Under the pieces are notes generated by a model. It searched no databases, was not told the origin of the DNA, and was given only the letters and a program-made list of their open reading frames with translations. From the NCBI GenBank assembly GCA_050954765.1, contig JBPBQJ010000057.1:27242-91241 (forward strand): a DNA stretch of 64,000 bases, written 5' to 3'. Within the stretch, counting starts at the first letter, position 1. The number at the start of each line of letters is the position of its first letter. This document shows positions 8,393 through 17,904 of this stretch, piece by piece. The DNA is from Janthinobacterium lividum. Its GTDB lineage: Bacteria; Bacteroidota; Bacteroidia; Cytophagales; Hymenobacteraceae. The translations under genes were made by a program, and so were the position numbers.

Positions 8393-10852
8393 TTACTTGC
8401 TTTTTAAGTCGTCGTTATTGGCTTTACGATGTTCCCGCTCTGGGGCATCCTGCCCGAAGCGATAATTTAGACTCAGGCGGAAGGCGCGTTGGTAGCTCCG
8501 ATACTCCGTGCGCTCGTCGATGAAGGCAGTGGTGATGCTGCTCCGATTGGGAAACGAGTCGTTGAAAGGGTTCAGCACGTTCAACGTCACATCCGCCTTT
8601 TCCCCTAAGAGCGTCTTTTTCACTCCCATCGAATAGGAGAGACTAGCTCCACCTTGCCCTTGTAGGATAGGCGTTGGTAAGGACCCCGATAGGGAGGCCT
8701 GGGCCGTGAGCGTACGGCGGAAATGATAGGACGTATCCACATTCATGCCCGCGCTGAAGCCGCGGCGTAACACCTCCCGGTCAGGGCTCAGGAATACGAC
8801 ATACTGGGCATTGGGCCCGCCGCTTACTTCCCATTGCTTGGTAAACTTGGCCGTCCCGTAGAGCGTGAGCTGGTAATAGGTGGTGGAAGCCACATTGGCA
8901 TAGGTTTGCGCCGTTACGCCGGGAGTAGTAGTCGGCAGGCGCACGGCTTCAATAGCGTTGCCGGTGTGGCGTACCGTACCCGAGGCGATGACCGGCGCAG
9001 CGTGGACGAGCGTGTTGTAGCTGACCTCGTAGGCATCGGTTAGCTCTGGAGCCAAGTCTGGGTTGCCATAGGTAATGTTTTGGGGATTGGAGCGGTCCAC
9101 GAAGGGATTTAGGTAGTCGATATTGGGGCGGGTGATACGGCGACTGTAAGCCAAGCGCAGGCTGGTGGTATCCCGCCGAAACGTGTAGTTCAGGCTGGCG
9201 TTGGGGAGCACGGATACATAGCTGCGCGGAGCCAGGCTGGTCCCGCTCGTCCGAAAATCAGCGGAGAAGCTGGTCCGCTCGACGCGGCTACCCAGGGTGG
9301 TAGTGAGCTTTCTGCCAAGGGTTGTGGCGTAGCTCGCGTAGGCTGCCTGCACGTCCTGTGCATAGCTGAAATCAGTGCCCCAGCTTGCCAGGAGTACAAA
9401 ATCAGGTGTTTGCGCTGGCGTGAGACCCTCGACGGTAGCGACCGCCCCTGTGCGCCGAAAAATAGCTTTCAGGCCGACTTCCAACGTGTTTGCTTCGCCA
9501 AATGGTTGCTTGTAGTCGGTTTGCGCCGTTACTTCCTGACCCGGGGTGCGACCCTGGCTGCGCTCCCGGTAGTCGGCCCGGTCCGGAGCCAGGGCCACGG
9601 CTGAGGCAGTGAACTGGTCGAACGCATAGCCAAAGGTGCCGGCGTTGCGGGCGTACTGGGCCAGCACGCTCCATTCGCGGCGGGCCTGGGCAAAGGTGCG
9701 GATATAGGTGCCGGTTACCTCGTGGCTACTGTTGCCAACGTACTCCGTGTTGGCGCGGGTAAACAGCTGATTCAGCGTAACATCAGGTGAAGCCAACCGA
9801 TTGAACAGGTCACGCTGTCCCTGCCCCTGGTAACCACTCAGCGTCCCGGTCAACGCAAAACGATGGTGCTCGGCTGGGTCATAGTCCAGGCTGAGCGTCG
9901 AGTTATACCACTGGCCCGAGTTAATCCGGCGACCGCTTTGGGTCAGGGTGTCTATCCCGAGGGCCGAGAACCCGAGCCGCTGGCGGGTGAGTTGGTCGGG
10001 CTCGTACCAGGTGCCGGTGCTGGCCGCCGCGTTGACACTGACGGGCCCGCGCTTAAAGCCGAGCGCGGACGTAAGTTCGGTGGCGCGGTTGCCCCCACTA
10101 GCTCCGACATGGCCGTTGAGCTGGCGGCGGGCCCCTTTTTTGAGCACGATATTGATGATACCAGCCGTGCCCTCTCCATCGTCCCGGGCAGAAGGGGTAG
10201 TAATGACTTCCACACTTTGTATTTGGTCAGCGGGCAAGCCTTTCAGGGCTTGCGTCAGGTTTTGCGCGAGCGTGGGGGAAGGATGGTTGTTAACGAGTAC
10301 CTTAAAATTGGTGGAGCCGCGCATGGTAACAGTGCCCAGGCCGTCCACGGCCAACAGGGGCGTCTTGCGTAGCACATCGGCCGCCGTACCGCCCGCGTTA
10401 CCGATATCCTGGGCGGCATTGTAAACGAGGCGGTCCGGTTGCACCTCTACCAGCGGCTTGCGACCGACCACAACGGCCTCTCCAAGTTGCTGGGCCGCTG
10501 GCACTAGCAGAATTGGGGGGAGCGTAGTAGTCGCTGACGTAACGACGACCGGCTGCGTACGGGAAGCATAACCAACAAAGCTCACTTGCAGTCGAAACGA
10601 ACCCGGTACCACCTTGGGCAAGGTGAACAAGCCCTGAGGGTCGGCCGTGGCCCCGGCGAGTTGGCTGCCAGTAGCGGAGAGAGGCAATAAGACGACCGTG
10701 GCGTAGGCCACCGGCTGATGGCTCACAGAGTCCTGCACACTACCTAGCAAGGTGCCCGGCAACTGTTGGGCCAGCGTTGCGAAGGGAGCTACCAGGTGCA
10801 GGAGTACCAGCAGCGTGCTAGTGCGAAGAAGAAGGCCTAGTTGGTGGGACAT
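8393..10852 (-). CDS. TonB-dependent receptor / outer-membrane beta-barrel with N-terminal carboxypeptidase-regulatory-like domain
   Basis: Signal peptide; VSFVGY; plug (IQSVEVITTPSA, GIINIVLKK); GNPDLAPE; C-terminal LNYRFG. Confidence 0.88.
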   Translation of the reverse strand: MSHQLGLLLRTSTLLVLLHLVAPFATLAQQLPGTLLGSVQDSVSHQPVAYATVVLLPLSATGSQLAGATADPQGLFTLPKVVPGSFRLQVSFVGYASRTQPVVVTSATTTLPPILLVPAAQQLGEAVVVGRKPLVEVQPDRLVYNAAQDIGNAGGTAADVLRKTPLLAVDGLGTVTMRGSTNFKVLVNNHPSPTLAQNLTQALKGLPADQIQSVEVITTPSARDDGEGTAGIINIVLKKGARRQLNGHVGASGGNRATELTSALGFKRGPVSVNAAASTGTWYEPDQLTRQRLGFSALGIDTLTQSGRRINSGQWYNSTLSLDYDPAEHHRFALTGTLSGYQGQGQRDLFNRLASPDVTLNQLFTRANTEYVGNSSHEVTGTYIRTFAQARREWSVLAQYARNAGTFGYAFDQFTASAVALAPDRADYRERSQGRTPGQEVTAQTDYKQPFGEANTLEVGLKAIFRRTGAVATVEGLTPAQTPDFVLLASWGTDFSYAQDVQAAYASYATTLGRKLTTTLGSRVERTSFSADFRTSGTSLAPRSYVSVLPNASLNYTFRRDTTSLRLAYSRRITRPNIDYLNPFVDRSNPQNITYGNPDLAPELTDAYEVSYNTLVHAAPVIASGTVRHTGNAIEAVRLPTTTPGVTAQTYANVASTTYYQLTLYGTAKFTKQWEVSGGPNAQYVVFLSPDREVLRRGFSAGMNVDTSYHFRRTLTAQASLSGSLPTPILQGQGGASLSYSMGVKKTLLGEKADVTLNVLNPFNDSFPNRSSITTAFIDERTEYRSYQRAFRLSLNYRFGQDAPEREHRKANNDDLKSK

Positions 10853-10966
10853 TAAATGAAGGCAAGTGAGTCTCTGAAAGTAGGGGCCGAGTAGCGTTTG
10901 GTTGCATACGGTCAGTCAGAAAAAGTCTGGCGTGCAACGCATTAAGCGGGTACGTGTTTTTAATGC

Positions 10967-12100
10967 ATGAACTGGCAGCTCACAAGTGCGATTGGCGGGG
11001 GACTGCTTAGTCTGGCAGCGCACGGGCAGGCACAACGCCCGACAGGCGATGGCGTGGAGGCAGTCTATTACGAAGGCAGTAATTTTGAGCGCCCCTTGCT
11101 CCGGCGTCGGGAGCCCACGGTGTATGAGCATTGGAGTCGCCTAGGGCCGGCCCCAGGCGTACCGGCGGAAAACTTTTCCGTACGCTGGACCGGCTGGCTG
11201 GTACCTCCGGTTAGTGGGCGCTACCTACTGTACATAAGTGTCGATGACGGCATGCGCATCTGGCTTAATGACCGGCTGCTAGTCAACGAATGGCAAATTC
11301 AGCCGGCAAGTCACTTTTCGGTGCCGGTGCAGTTGCAAGCAGGTCAGGCGTACAAGCTACGAGTAGATTATTTCCAAGGTCCCGAGTACACGCGAGCCCG
11401 CCTCACCTGGCAGTTACCCATGCCGCAGCCGGCACCGGCTTCCTGGCGTAACGCTTGGGGGCTACGAACCACAGTACCTGCTCCAGAACCCATTGCGCAA
11501 CGCTACCTATTCTCCCGCCAGCCCGCACTGCCGACGTTGGCTCAACTTCCACTTGGCGTCCCCGTTCCCTCCCTTCCCCGCTCGGCGCCTGAGCGCATAG
11601 CACTCTCACCGCTCCGCCCAGTAGCGCGGGTACGCCAGCCACCCGCTAAGCCCCATCTCCCTCATTCCTTGTTACCCGTTCAGCCGCAGATATCCCACGA
11701 CTCATCAGCAAGTAGGCTGACAGATTCGACCTTTACCCGCCCGGCACCTCAGCTGCAAACAGGCCAAGCAATGGTATTGCCAGCCCTGCGCTTTGAACAA
11801 GGACGGGCGGTGTTGTTACCAACTGCCCAAGTTGCCTTAGATAGCTTAGCCGCGCTGCTACAGGTCCAAGCAGCTTGGCAATTCGAAGTGCAGGGCCATA
11901 CGGATAATCAAGGCGATAGAGCATTAAACCGTCAGTTGTCGCAACGGCGAGCGGAGGTAGTATGTCTTTATTTGAACGCGCATGGAATAGCCGCGAGCCG
12001 CCTCAAGCCAATAGGCTATGGAGGTACCCAACCCGTTGCGAACAATAATGACCCCTCCCTACGACCCCTTAACCGCCGGGTCGTATTCGTGCGCCGCTAA
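10967..12100 (+). CDS. PA14 domain + OmpA-like peptidoglycan-binding domain protein
   Basis: NFSVRWTG and DDGMRIW (PA14); VQGHTDNQG, LSQRRA and NRRV (OmpA C-terminal). Confidence 0.88.
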   Translation: MNWQLTSAIGGGLLSLAAHGQAQRPTGDGVEAVYYEGSNFERPLLRRREPTVYEHWSRLGPAPGVPAENFSVRWTGWLVPPVSGRYLLYISVDDGMRIWLNDRLLVNEWQIQPASHFSVPVQLQAGQAYKLRVDYFQGPEYTRARLTWQLPMPQPAPASWRNAWGLRTTVPAPEPIAQRYLFSRQPALPTLAQLPLGVPVPSLPRSAPERIALSPLRPVARVRQPPAKPHLPHSLLPVQPQISHDSSASRLTDSTFTRPAPQLQTGQAMVLPALRFEQGRAVLLPTAQVALDSLAALLQVQAAWQFEVQGHTDNQGDRALNRQLSQRRAEVVCLYLNAHGIAASRLKPIGYGGTQPVANNNDPSLRPLNRRVVFVRR

Positions 12101-12348
12101 ATAGTAACCAGTTGGTAGATGCGAATTTTGGACTAAACTTTTAACCGAGGCCACATCTTCTACAAATCAGGCTGTACAGCTTGTACAGAAGCGAGCGAGT
12201 TCTATGGCCCAGCAAGGTGCACCATATTGAGCCATGCCTCTTCTACCCCAACTAAGTAGTAAAGAGGGCTATTAGTGCGGGTCAAGAAGTGGGTTCTGAA
12301 AGTTTTCGACTCATGTATCTGAGAGTCATACTTTTTGAATAATGCAGC

Positions 12349-13260
12349 ATGTTTTGTCGATTAAGGACCAACACGGCCCGGGCGGCGCTGCTGCTCACTT
12401 TGAAGAAAAAAGAGCCGGAATCGACGGGCTTGCTCCCCATGCCCGAGGCTGTGCAGCTGTTGACTCAGAACGGGTCGAGCTTCCTACGGCACGGTGGAAG
12501 GGCAGATTACGAGCTAAGCCTGCAGCGGAAGCAACTCACGCAGCGCTTCATCTACGACCTTATTGACGACGTGGCTGCCGAGCATGCTCAAAGTGGAGTG
12601 GTGGTTCTTTTCGACCAGCGTACTCTCATGAGCAGCTGGGACTGGCTCAGCGACCAGCGGTTGAACCCGGCTGACGTCAATTTTGGCCAGCTGTTGCCCC
12701 GCCCCGAGCCGCGTGCACAGTTGAACTGGCCCAACGTGACCTTCCTGCGCTTGCGCAGCGACCACGCCCCCAAAGCTATGCGTAGTGCTGACCGTACGAT
12801 TCTCAAAACCTTGGATGGCAAAGGGGAGCGGCTGGCAACCTAGCACTGCCACGCGCAACTGCTGCGAATGCAAGACAGCCAGCACAAGGGGCTGACTACT
12901 TATCTCTCTTTTGGCGGTGATTTGGACACGTCGCGCATACGCGGGGCCAGCTGCTACCGGCAGTTGGAGAAAGCAGATGGCAGTCTGACGCAGCGCCATA
13001 CCAAGAGGTGAGGTACACCGTCGGCCTTGGAAATAACTGTGGTAGGCCCAACCGACCCTGCCGATGAGCCGCGCTTCGCTGCTGATGACCTAGCAACGCT
13101 GGCTGAGGCGCTCCGCTTCGACCACGCCCATGCAGCAGGCTGGACGGCTCTGCCGGTACCTGTCCACTTCGCCTCCATGCTGCGCCAGTACGTTCCCGAT
13201 TATGAGATTACCGACGACCACGACGAGGAAGAGGTTGATGAGGTAGAAGAACAGGAGTAA
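12349..13260 (+). pseudogene. 3' remnant of a probable PIWI-RE (pPIWI_RE) gene
   Basis: ORFs 12349-12843 and 13027-13260 share one frame, broken by TAG 12841 and TGA 13009; motifs WDWL, FLRLR, RGASCYR, LEITV, LPVPVHFA..Y resemble the pPIWI-RE C-terminal domain as recalled. Confidence 0.6.
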
Positions 13261-13375
13261 TTGTGACGCCCTAGCTGGTTTTAATGCGAATCTGTAGAGC
13301 TAGCTAGGGTTCTCACGAGCGTGCTCATTTTGAGTATCGGAGTAAGCAATACGGTCAAATGTTTTACCGCAAAAC

Positions 13376-13414
13376 AAAAACACCCTGTAAGTTTTTGACT
13401 TACAGGGTGTTTTG
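13376..13414. terminator. Intrinsic terminator hairpin just outside attL
   Basis: AAAACACCCTGTAAGT / ACTTACAGGGTGTTTT inverted repeat. Confidence 0.75.
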
Positions 13415-13423
13415 TGCCTACTA

Positions 13424-13439
13424 TGTGGTCTCGTTAGGA
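13424..13439. repeat. attL core TGTGGTCTCGTTAGGA (duplicate of tRNA-Arg 3' end)
   Basis: Identical to 60637-60652. Confidence 0.93.
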
Positions 13440-13548
13440 GCAAATGAAAGACACAGGATTCCGCCTATTTCTATAAAAAGTGCATTGCTACTGCCTAAAA
13501 CGCTGGTGGGTTAGAAACCAGTGGAATCGAGTGGAATACCGTAGCCCA

Positions 13549-13572
13549 AAAACTGGCACCTAAACTGGCACC
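13549..13572. repeat. Integrase arm-type site pair (AAACTGGCACC x2)
   Basis: AAAACTGGCACCTAAACTGGCACC, identical to 60569-60592. Confidence 0.8.
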
Positions 13573-14909
13573 TACGCCGCCCGGCGCCGCGGCGATTTCT
13601 TCATGAAGTTCTGCACAATTTCTTCCTCATCAATGCCGACGTAGGCGTTGAAGGCCTCTTCGGTCTGGTGGCCGGTGGCCTGCATGATGGTGCGCGCTGG
13701 CACGCCCTGGTAGAGCTTAAGCGTGACGAAGGTCTTGCGGCCAATCTTAGTGGTCAGGTTCAGGCGCGTGAGCTGCACTAGGCGCTGCACCACCTTGAGA
13801 AACTCGTTGGCCCGGTAGCACTCGGGCACAAGCAAATCGAGCGGCGAGCGGTGCTCGTAGCGCTCAGCCAGGGCCACCGGCTTAAATAAATCGTCGTCGT
13901 AGAAAGGGATGTAGACCGTGACGTCGCTCTTGGCGATGTCGCCGAGCACGATGAGGTTGCCGCGCACGTCGCGCCAGGCCGCGCGGTTGGCGTCCGAGAT
14001 GCGCAGGCCGGTGTAGCAGCACTGCAAGAACTTGTCGCGGGCCAGGTCCACGTGGCCCACCCAGGCATCGGCCCAGCCGGTGCTCTGGGCTGCGCCGGTG
14101 GGGCGGCCCAGCTCTAGGCGCAGCAGCTCGAGCTGGGCGCGGGTAGCGGGGTCGGCGAAGTCGAGCTCGGCGATGGCGCGCAGCTCCTTTTCAGTCAGCG
14201 CGTCGACCTGGCCGCGGTGGTTGGGCACGCTGAACTTGCGGTAGTGCCGGTGCACGGGCCAGTCCTTTTCCTGCTCGACCCAGGTGAGAAACGTTTTGAG
14301 GCGCGAGATGTGCTTGCCGAACGTATTGATGCCCTGGCCCAGCTCCTCGACCACGTAGGTGCGAAAGTCCTGGTACCAGGCCGTGCTCAACTCCTCGAGG
14401 CGCAGTGGGCGCCCCCGGGCCTGCTCGTACTGCAGGAACCGCTGCAGGGTAGCCTCGAAGCCCGCGCGGGCCGTTTTGGAGAGCGGCTTGCCGCTGCGCC
14501 CGCGCGGCTTGCTGATGTGCTCAGCCATCCAGTCGCGGTATAGTGCTTCGAAGCTGCTGGCCGCCGGGGCTGCCCCGGCCTTCGGGGCCTCCTCGGCCGG
14601 GGCCAGGCTGAGCGAGGCTTCGATGGCGGCGCGCAACTCCGCTTCGGGTAGCAGCCGGCTTTCACGCATGGCTTTCTCTTGGGCCTCGCCGGCGGCGTTG
14701 CTGGCCTTGGTGAGGCGCGGGTTGATGGTGTTGTGAGGAGTGCCATTTTGCACCTTCACGAGCTTGGTCTTCGCATCCCACTGCTCGGGCTTCACCACGC
14801 ACCCAGTGGCTAGGCGCACGCGCTTGCCCTCCCAACTTACGACCAGTTGGATGGGCGCGAGACCGTCGCTGGTAATCTTATTCAGGCGAAGTGTGCGGCT
14901 GACTTTCAT
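13572..14909 (-). CDS. int: Tyrosine integrase with N-terminal arm-binding and SAM-like domains
   Basis: YTGLRISD, KIGRKTF, TGHQTEEAFNAY catalytic motifs; adjacent to attL. Confidence 0.93.
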   Translation of the reverse strand: MKVSRTLRLNKITSDGLAPIQLVVSWEGKRVRLATGCVVKPEQWDAKTKLVKVQNGTPHNTINPRLTKASNAAGEAQEKAMRESRLLPEAELRAAIEASLSLAPAEEAPKAGAAPAASSFEALYRDWMAEHISKPRGRSGKPLSKTARAGFEATLQRFLQYEQARGRPLRLEELSTAWYQDFRTYVVEELGQGINTFGKHISRLKTFLTWVEQEKDWPVHRHYRKFSVPNHRGQVDALTEKELRAIAELDFADPATRAQLELLRLELGRPTGAAQSTGWADAWVGHVDLARDKFLQCCYTGLRISDANRAAWRDVRGNLIVLGDIAKSDVTVYIPFYDDDLFKPVALAERYEHRSPLDLLVPECYRANEFLKVVQRLVQLTRLNLTTKIGRKTFVTLKLYQGVPARTIMQATGHQTEEAFNAYVGIDEEEIVQNFMKKSPRRRAA

Positions 14910-15145
14910 TCCAAATTATTTTCGTCTAGGCCGCGCTTTGCTTGATACACGGTGAAGAGCGGCCCGCCCGACTTGAGTTACACGACGTCGCCTGGTTGAA
15001 AAGTAGCTCCTTCTGACATTTTAGCAAGGATTGAAAAAGTGAGAGACTGTTGCCCCCACCGCGTCGGCAGGGGCGGGGTGGTTAAAATATTTCCAGCGCA
15101 GCGTCAACTGCTGCTGGGTCGCTTCCCAGCCTGGGTAAGAGGGTA

Positions 15146-15553
15146 TCAGGCTCCGCCGCCACTCGCCCAGGTGCGGGCCTGGGCCAGGTCGTCGAAGCGG
15201 CGCAGCGCAAAGTGTAGCACAGGGGTGGCGCGCGTAAACAAATTGTTCACCGTGTGGCGGTTCAGCGCGTCCTGTGCTTCGAGCTGGGCGAAGCGCGTGA
15301 GGCCCAGCTGGTCGAGGGGCAGCAAGACTTCCTGCTCGGCCCATTCCAAATCGCGTGGGCGAATGGCGCCTTGCAGGCGGTCGTCGGCAACCCAGCCTTT
15401 GACCTGGTGCTGCTGGCTGAGCTGGAGCGCTTGCAGGCTGGCGGCGCGAAACTCGGCGCTAGGGGCGTACTGCAGCCACTGGAGCTCGAGCACGGGCACG
15501 GGGCCTTCGTGCAGGGAGAGCTGCAACTGGGGCAGGGAAAGGAGCGGGCGCAT
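15146..15553 (-). CDS. STAS/SEC14 (SpoIIAA-like) small protein, paralog 2
   Basis: WVADDR...DLEWA...FDDLAQARTWA; clearly paralogous to 15557-15961. Confidence 0.6.
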   Translation of the reverse strand: MRPLLSLPQLQLSLHEGPVPVLELQWLQYAPSAEFRAASLQALQLSQQHQVKGWVADDRLQGAIRPRDLEWAEQEVLLPLDQLGLTRFAQLEAQDALNRHTVNNLFTRATPVLHFALRRFDDLAQARTWASGGGA

Positions 15554-15556
15554 AGG

Positions 15557-15961
15557 CTAGAACGGGGCGTTAGCCCAGGCGCGGGCCTCCTCCATCGTGG
15601 GAAAGAAGTGACTGGTGAGCTGGGTGTTGGGTAGGGTCGTGCTGAGCATCGCATTAACGCCCATGCGGTTGATGGCATCCTGCGACTCGACAATGGCCAG
15701 GCGGCGCACGCCCAGCTGGCTCATGGGCACGATAACGTCGGTGCCGGCCCACGCCAGGTCAACGGGGCGCAGCGCCCGAATCAGGCGGTTATCGGCCACC
15801 CAGGCCTGGGCGCGGTGCAGGCGGGCCAGGCGCAGCAGCTCCAGCATGCCGGCGCGAAAGTCGGCGCTGGGTACAAAATCGAGCCAGTGCAACTCAATGG
15901 TTTTGTGGGTCGTGCCGTAGAGGGAAATGTTGACGTATTGATTACTAAAGAGCCTTTCCAT
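15557..15961 (-). CDS. STAS/SEC14 (SpoIIAA-like) small protein, paralog 1
   Basis: WVADNR...DLAWA...FPTMEEARAWA; upstream TAGCTTTG -7 element at 16088-16081. Confidence 0.6.
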   Translation of the reverse strand: MERLFSNQYVNISLYGTTHKTIELHWLDFVPSADFRAGMLELLRLARLHRAQAWVADNRLIRALRPVDLAWAGTDVIVPMSQLGVRRLAIVESQDAINRMGVNAMLSTTLPNTQLTSHFFPTMEEARAWANAPF

Positions 15962-16115
15962 GCGTGGAAGTAGGGTGGGTAGCTGTGAGCAGGGCTATAC
16001 TGGTGAGGAAGGCGCAGGAAGTAGCTGCCGCACCAATGGAGCAGAAAGGGCTGGGGGTAGCACGCTTTCATGTCGTGACACAAAGCTACCAAGTAGCGAG
16101 CAGGTACTGTACAAC

Positions 16116-16152
16116 AGCAAAGCGCCCCTGCTAGTAGCAGGGGCGCTTTGCT
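16116..16152. terminator. Terminator hairpin, copy A
   Basis: AGCAAAGCGCCCCTGCTA-g-TAGCAGGGGCGCTTTGCT. Confidence 0.75.
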
Positions 16153-17238
16153 TTAGCTGGCTGCCGGTACGGCTTTACGTGCCTCAATCTGCCCTACGGT
16201 CGCAATTAGCTGCTCACTGAACTTGTAGATATCATCCAGGCCGTTGATTTCGGTCTTCACGTCCTTCTTGGTTTCGTCGAAGAAGGAGATGTAGTGCTTC
16301 GAGCCGTTGAGCCAGAGGCGGCAGACAATCTTATTCTTGTTATCGTCGAGCAGGATGTTGAGGTAGCTCGTGGTGTCGCGGTGGGTAATGCGCTTGGCAT
16401 CCACGGTGGGGCGTAGGATAGTTTTGACGATGAGGAACGCCTCCTTTTCCAGCTCCGTGAACTCGGTGCCGCCCTTGGCCGGGTCGGTGGTGGTAGCAGG
16501 CTCTTCCTCCAGTATCTGGGCGACTTCCTCCTTGGCCAGGGCGGACTTGAGGCGGTCGTTGATGATGTCGTTGAGCAGCTGGGCGGCCGACTTCTTGACC
16601 AGCGGGTTGAACTGCTCCATCACTTTCTCGGTGAGCTTGCCGGGGGCTACTTGCCTGGCGAAGTAGCGCACAAACTCGATGCTGGGGTCGCGCAGCTCCT
16701 CGGCCAGTAGCTTCTTAATTTCGCGGGTGTACTTGAGCTCCGAGGCGGTGCTTAGAATCTGGCTCACGTCGAAGCCGGTTTTGTGGAATTTCTTTAATTC
16801 CAGGACGCTAGCCTCGTTCAGGTCCGAGATGTTGATTTCCCAGAAGGGCTTATCATCCATCTTGTTGGGCTCCACCAGGTCCGTGTAGAAGCGGTAGATG
16901 ATGCCGTTGGTGAGAATGCCGAAGCGCGTGGTGGTGACGTGGAAATAGCGGTGCAACTGGGAGTTGTGCACGTCGAGGCCCTCTTTCCAGTGCTTGCACT
17001 CGACAATGATAATGGGCTGGCCGTCCTTCTGGATGCAGTAGTCGACCTTCTCGCCTTTCTTGATGCCGAGGTCGGCCACGAACTCGGGGATGACTTCGAA
17101 GGGGTTGAAGACGTCGTAGCCCAGGGCGGCGATAAAGGGCATGACGAAGGCATTCTTGGTGGCTTCCTCCGTGAGGATGCTGTCTTTGAGGCGGCTTACT
17201 TTCTCGCCCAGGGCTTTGATGACGTCAATGAAGTCCAT
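16153..17238 (-). CDS. Stand-alone type I restriction HsdR N-terminal (PD-(D/E)xK) nuclease domain protein
   Basis: TEEATKNAFVMPFI, EVIPEF, GEKVDY, IIVECK, QLHRYF, ILTNG motifs. Confidence 0.85.
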   Translation of the reverse strand: MDFIDVIKALGEKVSRLKDSILTEEATKNAFVMPFIAALGYDVFNPFEVIPEFVADLGIKKGEKVDYCIQKDGQPIIIVECKHWKEGLDVHNSQLHRYFHVTTTRFGILTNGIIYRFYTDLVEPNKMDDKPFWEINISDLNEASVLELKKFHKTGFDVSQILSTASELKYTREIKKLLAEELRDPSIEFVRYFARQVAPGKLTEKVMEQFNPLVKKSAAQLLNDIINDRLKSALAKEEVAQILEEEPATTTDPAKGGTEFTELEKEAFLIVKTILRPTVDAKRITHRDTTSYLNILLDDNKNKIVCRLWLNGSKHYISFFDETKKDVKTEINGLDDIYKFSEQLIATVGQIEARKAVPAAS

Positions 17239-17374
17239 GCAAGTAAAACGGGTAGGAGTTTTTGAATAGTAAATGTGACTTTTAAGTATTGATATTCAGG
17301 GGCTACCAATAAGCAAAAATGAGCCGCATACTACCATGTGTTACCACGTATAAATACCTGTTTTTTAGCAAGAG

Positions 17375-17426
17375 TTAAAAGCAAAGCGCCCCCTGCTGAT
17401 ATCGGCAGGGGGCGCTTTGCTTTTAA
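17375..17426. terminator. Terminator hairpin, copy B
   Basis: TTAAAAGCAAAGCGCCCCCTGCTGAT/ATCGGCAGGGGGCGCTTTGCTTTTAA; near-identical stem to copy A. Confidence 0.75.
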
Positions 17427-17439
17427 TCGAGTGAAGGGA

Positions 17440-17895
17440 TTATTTTGAATTATCGACCATCAGCCGCAAGAAAATATTGATAAAGCGGGTAGAGCACGCA
17501 ATGGAAAAGGCTGTAACGAAAATGAGCCCTAACTGCGTGTAACGCCAGTAATCAGGCAGAATAGGCGGTTTAACCGGGATAAGTGTGAAGCTCAGCAGCA
17601 GCACAGCCGCGCCCAGTAGCGCCCACACGGCAATAATTAGGTAGTGATTTAGGGTGCTGAGCTGGCCGAGTTGTACTAAAAATCGCTTGCGGGGCGTGTC
17701 GATAGACTGAAATATTGTGTAGATAGTCAGCAGAAAGCCCAGCAGAGTAGTGGTAATAGTGAGGCTGGCGCTGATGAATGTGCTGAAAAGCGGGCCCACA
17801 TCGGCTACCGGGAGACTGCGAAGGTACCGCCAGGTGCCGGCCGTGATAGCCAGTGCCGCCAACAGAGGCAGATACCGTTCGAAGAAGCGTCCCAT
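17440..17895 (-). CDS. Four-TM membrane protein, RexB/KwaA-like effector candidate
   Basis: 151 aa, four hydrophobic helices; 9 nt downstream of a 318-aa soluble partner. Confidence 0.6.
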   Translation of the reverse strand: MGRFFERYLPLLAALAITAGTWRYLRSLPVADVGPLFSTFISASLTITTTLLGFLLTIYTIFQSIDTPRKRFLVQLGQLSTLNHYLIIAVWALLGAAVLLLSFTLIPVKPPILPDYWRYTQLGLIFVTAFSIACSTRFINIFLRLMVDNSK

Positions 17896-17904
17896 CGCAC
17901 AAAA

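Noticed and set aside
12841-13011. Stop-codon recoding in the PIWI-RE-like frame
   Set aside because: Two different stop types and a missing 5' part fit decay; TAG and TGA end normal genes elsewhere in the window
16153-17238. Complete type I restriction-modification system
   Set aside because: No helicase motifs and no hsdM/hsdS
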